From the human T2T-CHM13v2.0 reference genome, Homo sapiens, in the NCBI RefSeq assembly GCF_009914755.1, contig NC_060929.1: a stretch of 64,000 nucleotides of DNA, one strand, 5' to 3'. Both the position numbers and the translations under genes were made by a program. The notes beneath the pieces were generated by a model. The model did no database searches, was not told the DNA's origin, and was given only the letters and a program-made list of their open reading frames with translations. Below are positions 52,405 through 64,000 of this stretch, one piece after another; positions within the stretch are counted from its first letter, which is position 1; each line of letters starts with the position of its first letter.

Positions 52405-52565
52405 ATAAGTTTGGGCTGAAATATCTATCAGGTATTATGCTCACTACCTGGGTGACGGAATCACCTGTATTCCAGGCCTCAGCATCATGCAATATACCCA
52501 TGTTAACAAATCTGCACTTGTAGCCTCTGAATCTGAAATGTAAGTTGAAATTACTTTTAAAAATT
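52405..52565 (+). mobile_element. Older L1PA15-16/L1PB 3' terminal fragment
   Basis: tatgctcactacctgggtgacgg...cctcagcatcatgcaatatacccatg...aagttgaaatta. Confidence 0.85.
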
Positions 52566-53264
52566 ACATACAGCTTCAAATATTTATATCTCATTATAAG
52601 AGTCATTGGAAATAACTTCTATTTAGTGTAACTATTGAAGTTTATTTTTATCATTTTTAAGTAATTAATTACTGTCAGTAATCAGCAACAGCTAAACAAA
52701 GGTAACTCTCACCCAGATGAACCCCATTTCCTGTGAAAAATAGTATACTGTAACTCAGCAGGGTGTTACTTCAGATCAACTGAATTTTAAAGAAACATAT
52801 AATTTACTCTCCTTATTGCTGTACCATTTGAAAAAATTTACTCCATAAGTTCATAGTATGTAAAAGAAGGAAGGCCGCTTAACTACTCACTTGGCAGAGC
52901 TTAGGAGTCATTAATTGCTAAAGTCCTGATGTGAAATTTATGTTTCCTTTTAAGAACCTCAACTCAGTTCAAACACGTCATTTTTATTAGTATTTGGCAA
53001 AGTCTTAAAATGTTTACTTTATGTAGCCAGAAGAGATCATTTTTAATAGCTGGTTCAATAGTCAGAGACAACTGTGTCTACTCACCTCCATGTTCCATAT
53101 TAAATGTATAACCTAATAATTTGATCAACCAATCATGAACTTACAGAACCCTAGGTTTTAACATTGACAAATGCCATTTTTGCTTGAGAACATTCACTTA
53201 CCTTCACCGTAGATTATGTTGCTGAACAATGGGAATTTATTTGTTTGTCAAGAATTATTTATTA

Positions 53265-54230
53265 AAGGGTGTCCTTGGTTTCTCCTGAAACTAGAGAGAA
53301 AATTTGGCAGGCAGGCCGATGGCGGATGAGCCCAGTTGAATATAAAAAGAGGAAGGAGCGACGTTCAGAATGTTTACTGTGTAGTTACTGTTGCTATAGC
53401 AGAATTTGGGGTGTTTGTGGACCTTTTAAGAAGCATTCAGAATGCCTTATAGGACTGTGCACTTGAAGCAGAGGAGGAATGCATTATTTACCACTGGCTT
53501 CCTTTCTCAGTTGAGAGATGTACCCATCGGCATGTCAGCCGAAAAAAAGACAGAAGAGAAAAATATGTCCTAATTTAATGAATTTATCAGAAGTAGGCAA
53601 AGATGATTATAACCCCGATACACACTTACAGCAAGTCACAGATACACCTGAAGAGGGGAGGGTGAGAGCAAGCTTCTTTTAGCAAAAAGGAGAGGTTCAC
53701 ACAAACTGCTTGGAAACAGAGTTTGTTGGTTTCAGAGACTCAAAGCCAGAGCTTGCATTAATTTATTGGTGGAGATGCCCTTACTGAGTCAGTATTCTTA
53801 TGAGAGCATCTTATCTGAATTGCTGCAGTCCGAATGAATGTTTAGTGATAAACTCGGTCACAGAGATATGTGTACACATGCAAAATGTAGGTCACGAGAA
53901 GCATTAAATGCATAAAAAACATAAAGTGATTTCTTGTGGAGTTATTTTAGAAAGTCCTTGAGATAGTTTTATCTCAGACATGCAAGCATGGGCCTTCCTC
54001 CTTTGTGCTTTCCCGGCTCAAATTAGAGTCTTACAGACATGACTCGATCCTGGTATCTTCTACCATCCAGAGGATGCTTTTCTGGGTTGAGTGAGTTCTT
54101 CCAGCTTTGAGGAAGACCCCAGGGCAGACAGCAGAAAGGCAGGGCATTTGCATCATAACTATAGGTGGAATCAAAGGGGCCAGGGAACATAAAAGCTGGG
54201 CTCCAGAGCTGCATACGATATAATACAAGG
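53265..54230 (-). mobile_element. Old ERVL LTR (LTR33/LTR16-like), split by an ERV1 LTR
   Basis: gagtt/cttccagctttgaggaagaccccagggcaga and attatttaccactggcttcctttctc-type blocks on both sides of the insertion. Confidence 0.5.
53533..54035 (-). mobile_element. ERV1 solo LTR (MER67/MER89-like)
   Basis: tgtcag...ttaca termini with near-TSD GGCA/GACA; gaggttcacacaaactgcttggaaacagagtttgttggtttcagagactcaaagccagag. Confidence 0.7.
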
Positions 54231-55334
54231 AAACCACTGCATGTCATGCACAGTTCTAGGGCCTTGGAATTAACTGGACAACTGAATGCTAGAGGTTAAA
54301 AGTGAAGAGACGTAATGTACAGTCACTAACCTTAACGAGTTGATAAGCAAGTGCATGATTAAGCAGAGATAGCCCTCCATTTGAAGAAATCAAAAGCAGT
54401 GCAAGACACTTTCGTCTTGGTATAAAATGAGTGACTTAGACAAATGTAGAAGTACATTTATATAAAGGTTCATCCCCTAACCAGTTGAAACCTCTTTGTA
54501 AGTAGGGGGCATTTAAAGTTTTGTATTGTAACTGTTAAGCACAAGGCATGTACTCATGGGATAAATACATTTTCCAAATGAAAGAAACAGAGAAAAACAA
54601 GGAAGACAAAAGAACTAGTAAAGTTTAAATCAGTTCAGAAAAAGACACTTAGGAAAGAGCTTTACAACACATAAGAAGTTGGAAAGTTATCTATGCAATA
54701 ATATTCAGGTCTGTTTGCTGGACTGATTTATTATTGTCTAACATAACATTTTAGAAAAATATGTTGAATGTATTAATAAAAGGAAGGGAAACAATTTTAA
54801 CTACCTTCAAAATGCAAATCAAAAATAGTTTATTTCATTACATTTGAAAGGAAATTATAATGAATTAAACTAAATTAATTACATAACTAGATTTTTATTT
54901 GATTACTACAAACAATATTTATTCATGAAAAAGTGGTTTCATACTGTTACAACCAGAAGTGAGTTTATTCTTGAAATATATTCTAGAAATAATTTATTTG
55001 GCAGATGATCCAGAGACTTTTTAGCTTATAGAGAACTAGATTTCCAAAATCAAAGTCTGTGTCAAGTGCTTTATTATTTCCAAGGAGTAAGCATTTAAAA
55101 ATACCTATAAAGATCAAAGGCTATAAAAGTAAAAGCTTACAGAATCCAACCAAATGACGTAAACATGTGATTTGGGCCAGGTGCAAAACAATAGCACATG
55201 ATCGACCCTTTAGTTAATTGAAAAATGCATAGCCTTCTAAGAGCAGCCATTCAAATTACACTAAAGAAAGCGTTATGGTGGTCAAAAACAAAACCACCAC
55301 AACAACAAACAAACAAAAATAATTTTGTGTACCT

Positions 55335-56070
55335 GAGCATCAGTTATCTCCTAAGTATACTATGTAGAAAACAATCACACAACCTCAGTGATGTATTTCA
55401 ATAAACAGTTACTTAACTTATACATCTAGGAGATTCCCCTGATTTCAGTTGGGCTCACTCACGTGTCTTTGGTTGGCTCATATCTATGGATTATCTGTCT
55501 TTCAAATGACCTAAGACAGTCTTGCCTGGCAAGACCAGAGAAATACAGTTTGAAAAGTTTATGATTTGTCATCCTCCAGCAGGTGAGCTTGGGCATTGAC
55601 ATGAGAATCACCTCATTCAAGAGATGCAAAAGAGAAAGTGCAGACACCACAAGCACTTTTTCAAGCCTCTGCATGCATCACATATACAGTCCTCCTTCAG
55701 TATCCACGGGTGTTTGTTCCGGGCCCCCCACAGATTCCAAAATTTGTGGATGCTCAAGTCTCTGATATAAAATGCCATAGTATTTGGTATAACCTACACA
55801 CTTTAAATCATCTCTAGATTACTTATAATGCCTAATACTAATAGTTGTTGTACTGTATTTTTGTTTGTATTTTTTTACTGCTATGCTTTTTTTTCTTTTT
55901 TATTTCAGAATATTTTCCATCTTAGTTGAATCCTCAGCTTCAGAACCCAAGGTATGGAGGGTCAACCTGCCTAAGCAGGTTGTCATATAACTGAGAAGTT
56001 ACATAACAAAGCAGGCATAAAGAAGAGGGATGAATAGAGTTGGCCATCATTTCACTCAATCTAATATACC
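55335..56070 (-). mobile_element. MLT1G/H-type LTR split by MER2
   Basis: cacaacctcagtg...gggctcactcacgtgtct...tcatcctccagcaggtgagcttgggca...tcaagcctctgc. Confidence 0.72.
55687..55969 (+). mobile_element. MER2 (TcMar-Tigger) DNA transposon
   Basis: ta|cagtcctccttcagtatccacggg...ggatgctcaagtctctgatataaaatg...ctttaaatcatctctagattacttataat...tatggagggtcaacctg. Confidence 0.9.
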
Positions 56071-57020
56071 TTGCATGTTATCACTAATAAAAGATTATCC
56101 ATCTTTGAACTCTGCTATAGGCTAGAATTGTATAAACTGAAGAATCATATATATCCTTGATTAATGATCTGTAATCACTTGAAAAGTTATTAGAACCACA
56201 TAAGCTGTTGCTGTTAAAATTTTAATGATCATAAAGACATGATTTATAATGGAATCTGGTTCTTTTATTTATAAACTATATATAATTACTCAGACCCTAT
56301 TCTTTCTTTATCTCCAGTATTTGCATATGCAGTTTTAATGATATATCTTAGATCTTGACAAATAAGTCTTTTTGTCTTAGGGCTAGAAGAAGATAAGAGA
56401 GTTAGTGAAATTTATTCACTTTTATACATAAAAGGTCAAGAAATTCCTGGTTCTATTGCTGATAAAAACAAACATACAAACAAAAACAAATTGTAAAATT
56501 CATTTGACATATCTCATCTAAACTTAACTTTTAGGGCACCCACACGTGTGTCTATGTAAGACTTGTCTCGCTGCCCTACCATGTGTGAATAATAATTGTA
56601 TGTTTATACTTGTGTCTTCCTAACACACAGGAGTGTTAATTAGATTTTCAGTTAGTGTTTGCTGAACTGCATTAGCTAAATTGTGATGGCGTAAGACAAT
56701 TAGTGATTCTCTGGTGATTCATATATATTTTTTAAAGACTTAGCTAAAGAAAGAGGACAGCATGTCTAACCCCTTCCTTTTAATTTGCCATGATTCAGTC
56801 TGACAATTTTTTTCCAGATTTTATCAAAGACAATGGTGAAAAAATGAGAAGATAACATGAGATTAAAATATAAGTTAAGATATAAGAAGTTATTTTTGGC
56901 GTTCCAACATAAAAGGTAGTTGCCTAGGGCTAGGTTGAAGGCGTTCAAATGTATGTTCTTCCCTGTGCTCTGGCCAATGTTCTTCTGTGTTGAGTGTGTA
57001 CATGTAATTTTGTTTTTTAA

Positions 57021-57517
<497 letters not shown>

Positions 57518-60202
57518 GCTTCTGCCCAAAGGTCCTGTATAAATCTGATGGCGGATGATTCTACTCTCAGGCTGGTTAAACCTTCTCACAAGCCATATTC
57601 AACCCAAAGGAAGAACTTATTCCTTTTTATCCAGAATGACTACTAAGAATAAATTATTTTCATAAACTTAATATTCTGGTTACTCTAATACTGCCATCTC
57701 TAATAAACTTGTAAGATAAATTTGAAATATCTAAATGTGATAAATGTGTAATATATCCAATGTATCATTTACCATTCTCAAGGCATTCGGTTCTTAAAAT
57801 TATTTAAGATCACTATAAAAGCTATATGTTAATAAATTATAATAAACTAAGCAGAGCCTATATCACTATTGTCATATATGTTGTTCTATGCCTGTCGAGA
57901 TGAACATCTATTATTCTATTTTAAATGAATATATTATCACAAGTGTAGGGAGTTTAAACATTAAGATATAAAACCTGACTTAAATCCACAAAGGAAAGAA
58001 AACATCATAAATGCTTTTTGCACTTTGAATTGCATGCTTAAGAATAATATTCGTCTTAATAATTCAGTATATAAAAGTGTTTAGTAGATGTAAAAATATG
58101 GTTAGATTTTAAGGAGTTTTTTTTTTTAATTGCATGTGTTGTCCCAGGTACAACAAGCACCAATCTAATCACCATCTCTGCAGAAGAAAAAAAACTCACT
58201 GAAAATAAAGAATACATACCAGCAAGATAGGGGTTAAGAAAATGGCTAAAGGTTTTTTCCCTTTAAGAGCCTTGACCTCTTACTGTTGTTAATAATGATC
58301 AACCATTGTGCATTTAACCTTCAGCACATTGCTCCATTACTAAAAGCATTTATACAAAAGTTATTATCAATTTATTCAATTATATATTCACTTTCCTGGT
58401 TATATTTATATTATTGTAAACTGTAGAGCAAATAGTTTTAAAATATTGTGAAGACACTGTAGAATTTAAACAAATCACTAAATAATCCACAAATATGACA
58501 TCACTGGCTAGATATGCACAGGTCGAGTTCCTGACTTCTTGGTGGAATTTTTCTAGCTCAAGCACTCGGGAGTCATCAGCCAATCCCTTTCCAAACGACG
58601 TGGCTAAACTTAAAGACGTTTTCAAGGACCTGTCTGCTTCCTTGACCTAATTGCATTTACAGTCTTCAGACTGTTTTGCTTTTGTGATGGCTACAAGTAA
58701 CACTGAAATACTGAGGATGGTTAAGCTCTTCCGAGGAAAGGTATCTCAGTGGCATCCATTCAAATGCATTGTTTCACAGGGGATGTATTTTGAGAAAGGG
58801 CAGATGGTAGCATTTCCCAGAACATCTGTTACCCATCATTCTTTCACAGAGCAACCCAGATACTGTTGACAACTTCTATGTAAATCATGCTGACAATTTG
58901 TTCAATGTCTTTCCTGCTGAGACTGAGGTTGTCCTGGTCATACCATTTATCAGATATAGGAGATACTGCCATCCCACAAGAACAGTTCCAACTGTGTTTT
59001 GGCCAGAGAACAATAGCAGCCATTAAATCAAAGGAACAATTTATCTACCTTGAAGTTATCTCCGTATTACCTCAAGGATTTCCTACCTCACCTTTCCTAG
59101 TCTTATCTAAAGGTGTACATTAGATATTAAATGCTCTGCAAAATAGAAAAATGTTAAATTACTTCTTGATACTTGTCCTTAGCTTCTTTTATTATTATTT
59201 GTCAGAGGTAATCATTTCTTTGACCTTGCATGTTAAAATTACTTTCATCTCAGGGAAATGACATATACGAGTGAAATTATGCATGCATTGCTATATAAAT
59301 GTCAGAATTTTAGTTTGCAAATGCCTGCTATAAAATATTCACAGTATTGAAAGTTGATTTACAACCCATTTCAGCCTGTAATCTATCGTATTCTAATTTC
59401 ATACCTTATATCAGAGTGCATTTTTCACAATGTTTAAAAGAAAACAAAAAGAAATCATTTCTTTAATTAACCTACCTATGAAAATGATAAACTAAAACCA
59501 TTGGCATTTATTACATGATTACAGTTTTTCTAAGCAAACCCAATTAGACCATAATACAGGTTATAGAGATGAAAAGTGTATAATTAAATTTTAAAATACC
59601 TAAGCTTATGAAGGCATTATACATAAGCAGATCTACCTGTTAAAAAATAATGAAGATAAAAACATAAAAAAATTTATTAACTAACTTTAAGTACAAGTTT
59701 TGCACATCAAATATCCATTTAATTTGCAAAGTAAATAAATTTTACTTTGGGATGTTGGTTAATCTGCATTTGATACTAATTGATTATGTCTCAATCATTT
59801 TTGTCACACAATAACAGGTTAACAGCACTGGGAAAAATATGTTAGACTATAAAATATTGTAGATATGCTCTCTATCTTTTAAAATTATACATATATATCC
59901 TTAGTATAATAGATGTACACACACAATTGCAACATAGAAACAGTAACTGTTAGATTGACCTGCCACCATAATAAAGTGGATTCTGAACATTAATAATAAT
60001 GTTTACACTATAAAAGAATGTACACATAATGTAATGTGGATTCTTTTTCAGACCACCAACCTATTACATTAAAATTGCTTTGGACTAATAGCAATGTTAA
60101 ATCTCAATTTTATATAAGATGGGGCTCCTTGCCCCATAATTCAGAGATAGCTTTTCTGTGTAAAATGTAATAAAAGTTTGATCAACTTACTGGGTGGGGG
60201 AT

Positions 60203-60524
60203 TTTTCTTTTTCTTTTTCTTTTTTCTTTTTTTTTTTTTTGAGACAGGGTCTTGCTCTGTCACCCAGGCTAAAGTTTGCAGTGCCACAATCACACCCCAC
60301 TGCAGCCTTGGCCTCCTGGGTGCAAGTGATCCTCTCACCTCTGCCTCTTGAGTAGCTGGGACTATAGGTTCTCACCCCATCATTCAGCTAATTTTAAATT
60401 TTTTTTGTGGAGACAGGGTCTCACTATGTTGCCCAGGCTGGTCTAGAACTCCCGGGCTCAAGTAATCTTCCTACCTCAAACTCCCAAAGTGCTGGGATTA
60501 CAGGCATAAGCCACTGCACTGGCC
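60203..60524 (-). mobile_element. AluJ SINE
   Basis: gagacagggtcttgctctgtcaccc...gagacagggtctcactatgttgcccagg...gggctcaagtaatc. Confidence 0.94.
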
Positions 60525-60951
60525 CGAGAAGTTTTTTAAAAAAGCTTTTGGCAATGAGTTGTAGGAGGAAAAGATAGATTCATGTGTAATTTATGTTTAG
60601 TATGTACTTGAATTTTGTTATACGTATATAAAACATCTGGAAGTAATATATATAATATACTGTCTGTCACTAAACATAAATGGTGATGTGATAAGCAAAA
60701 TGAAATTAAGCAAATCAGTACTTTCTATATTATTTAATAATATACTTGTAACAATATTAATTTTCTAACAAAATATCCCAAATATTATGGTACCTAAACA
60801 AAATATGTATGAAGCAAACTTTTATGTGTGCTTATAATTTAGGTCCATTATTTAAGTTAATTGGATCATAGAGTTATAAAGAGCCAAGTCTGGGATATTC
60901 TTTTCATACTAGTCAAAGTCAATTAGCTTAAAAACAATAAAATCTCTATGC

Positions 60952-60953
<2 letters not shown>

Positions 60954-60995
<42 letters not shown>

Positions 60996-60996
60996 G

Positions 60997-61028
<32 letters not shown>

Positions 61029-61079
61029 CGTATATATATATATATATACACACACATATACATATACACACACACACAC
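60954..61079. repeat. Long (TA)n microsatellite with TACG/TATG interruptions, then (CA)n
   Basis: Directly visible. Confidence 0.96.
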
Positions 61080-63591
61080 TTTTTACACTATTGGATCAAA
61101 TCAAATAGGTACAACAGAAACTAAGGGGTAGAAAATGTTTTGAGTAGCCAGATTTTTCCACATTAATCTATATTAAATATTTCATAAATTGTTTCTGTAG
61201 AAGAAAATCACATTATGCAAAATAACTTTGACCTGAAACTCTTAACCTCAGGTTTATTTTTTTAAGACTGTGGCTCTTCCTGTTAAAATGTAAATCTCAT
61301 CAGAGTCTTCTAGCTATTGGCAGAATTCATGATGTGGCAAATTAGGTGACCATACATTCTAGCTTGCCTCAGACATCTCAGTAATGGTTGTTTTCCTGCA
61401 CAATTAATAATACTGCCATTCATTCTAAAAGGTACAGGTTTGGATGATAAATTATATGGCCACACTACTTACTAACCACCCAAGTGTATCATGGTGCTGA
61501 AACAAATCTCAGTATCAATTCATACCTGAGAATATTTTTAAACAGCTTGGTTTCTGATTTATGAATTACTCATATAGAATGTTTGGGTCAATTTCCCCAC
61601 AAAGATTTCAATGACTTGTAGTGTATCTTTAAAAGGAATTACAGCAAAGTCTACTTAATATTGACGTTAATATTGTGATTCTAAAAGAAAATGATAGTTG
61701 CCTCCTCACATACTGGCAAACAGAAAGTCTTACTATTTTTAGGACCATAGAAAGCATTACATAAAGGGAAGTCTGTTTGCATTTGTAGCTGACAACTTGA
61801 CTAGTCTCAAATAAAGAGAAAAAGACAATAGATGTGAAAGTGTCTAAGTGTCAGGTGTTCTTTGCTTCCTGATGTGTCAAAAGCTTTCCCTAGTAAAAAT
61901 GCAAGATTCCCGGAGGCTGATAAGGCTACTAATAGTTCCAAGTTGACCTACAAATGTGTTCTGCTATGAATAGCAAATCGCCTCCTTAAAATTTGGTCAA
62001 CTGAACTAACTTTGTGATAGGTATATATGAGGGCAATCTATCTCATTTCTTTAGAAATAGAAATTAAACCTTTTAATTGATTATATATGGTTGAGATCCT
62101 TTGAAAAGCATCCATGTCAATAATTAACTCAACTAGCTATAAAAAGAGTATAGTCATCATAATGAGTAACTTCTCTCTGTCCCAATATTTAATCCATGGA
62201 CATTAAGAGCTATATGAAATTCAAGTACATCACTTGTATTTCAAATGCGCTTCCTTTGAGTCAAATTAAAGTGTGTTTTGAAATATGAAAAAATGTGTCT
62301 AGAGACAACATGTCTCTACCTGACAGGGTTAGGGAGTAGATTAAATTGGTTTTACCATATCATACATTGACTCCAGTCCAGGTAGTCAGAGTTTATGACT
62401 ATGATCAAATGCTGGAATTCAACTTTTCTAGGGGTCATTAGTTTCAACATGATGAGCAAAATACACATCATCTCTTCTTTGTGCTTCAAACCCAGTATAT
62501 TATTAAATGACATTAATAAATAATAAAAATATAAGATATAAATAAAATATACATAAATGTATGTGCAAAAAAAAGAAGAGGAAATTTGGTTGATTAGAAA
62601 CTGTGAGAAATGCTTCAAAGTTTAAATACAAAATGGGACAAAATAAATACCAAAATTATAGTTTGAGAGGCATGCAAAAGTGTGTCATAGAGTACTAACA
62701 CAAAATGTTGCACCATGCCAGGCAATATGAGAGCTTTGACTTATGTAAGTGATAACATTTCATCAATGGTGACAGGCTAAATTAATCCAAATACTTAAAA
62801 AACAAACATCTATATGTTTTCACTTAATTGGGTTCCTTGGACCTAAAGGTATGATGAAAATTAACTTTTTCTTGGTATATTGTAGAAAGAGTTCTAAATA
62901 TTAAATTTCTGATTTAACTTATCTTTATTATGAGCCTTGATTTATTTACTAATGAAAAACTCAACTTTAAATATATATCCTTTCTAACTCTTTAGGTTAT
63001 TTCCCTTTCTGTCAGTTAAAAATACATTAATGACTAAAGTAAAAAAGATAAATCACGTCAATTTTCTTGAATGCCAGAGAGATGATCTCCACAATTGTAC
63101 AAAAGTAATGCAAACTTATTTCTCAAAATTTTGAATAAACCTCCCAATGAAATAGAGATCCATGTGTCCTATCATTCCTAGTTCCCTCAAAACTTTAATG
63201 AAATCACTTTAACTGCCTCACTTTAAATTGGAAATCTTTTAATGTCTGTAGAGTCTATACACCCAATAACTGACATATCAGCAACAGAAATCCAGATGTA
63301 CAGGGCTTTTCTTTAGTTCCTCCATATAAAGTGCTAATTAGAAGGATCGTTCCACTATGAGACACTGCTTTAGCACTTCCTGGGCAAATTATTTTTATGC
63401 TCAGACTTGTGAGTCAAATCTGGAGGGAAATGTTCTTACATTTTCAAACTAAGAAAGAAGCTGTTAATGACTAAGTAGTTGGTATTTCCTAACCTATGTG
63501 CATTATTGACCTAAACATCTTAGAACAATTGAAGATGCTTCCCTCTACAAGTATATTATTTATATAAATACAGTAAAGTTAGAGGCAAAAC

Positions 63592-64000
63592 TGAGAGGTG
63601 AAGCCAGCTGGACTTCCTGGGTCGAGTAGGGACTTGTAGAACTTTTCTGTCTAGCTAGAGGATTGTAAACGAACCAATCAGCACTCTGTAAAAATGCACC
63701 AATCAACACTCTGTGTCTAGCTAAAGGATTGTAAACACACCAATCAGCACTCTGTAAAAATGCACCAATCAGTGCTCTGTGTCTAGCTAAAGGATTGTAA
63801 ATGCACCAACCAGCACTCTGTAAAATGGGCCAACCAGCATTCTGTAAAATGGACCAATCAGCTCTCTGTAAAATGGACCAATCAGCAGGATGTGGGAGGT
63901 GCCAAATAAGGGAATAAAAGCTGGCCACCTGCGCCAGCAGCAGCAACCCGCTCAGGTCCCCTTCCACACTGTGGAAGCTTTGTTCTTTCACTCTTCACAA
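63592..64000 (+). mobile_element. LTR12 (ERV9) LTR, cut by the window end
   Basis: tgagaggtgaagccagctggacttcctgggtcgag start; tandem caccaatcagcactctgt / ctagctaaaggattgtaaa repeats; ggaataaaagc; ccttccacactgtggaagctttgttctttc. Confidence 0.95.

Noticed and set aside
63560-63991. 143-aa repetitive ORF
   Set aside because: Antisense translation of LTR12 tandem CCAAT repeats

Overview
Primate (human or ape-type) AT-rich, gene-poor genomic DNA. I can support no protein-coding gene, RNA gene or CRISPR-type system here. The provided ORFs are chance ORFs or read-throughs of Alu, L1 and LTR sequence. The window is a layered record of transposable elements: about a dozen Alus (AluJ, AluS, AluY, including AluYe5-like and AluYk-like copies), L1 fragments, L2/MIR, MaLR LTRs (THE1, MST, MLT1), ERVL (MLT2 and a decayed internal piece with a recognisable dUTPase remnant), ERV1 solo LTRs (MER34, LTR1-like, LTR47, MER110, MER51-like, LTR12) and DNA transposons (MER58A, MER47C, Tigger3a, MER2). 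Family names come from recalled consensus sequences, not from a RepeatMasker run. The most notable unexplained structures are a ~300-bp diverged palindrome (34595-34898), two locally templated LTR-fragment copies plus an orphan insertion inside an Alu, an internal ~600-bp inversion in an L2, and an orphan L1 5' UTR with ~289-bp monomers. I did not find a convincing new multi-gene system.
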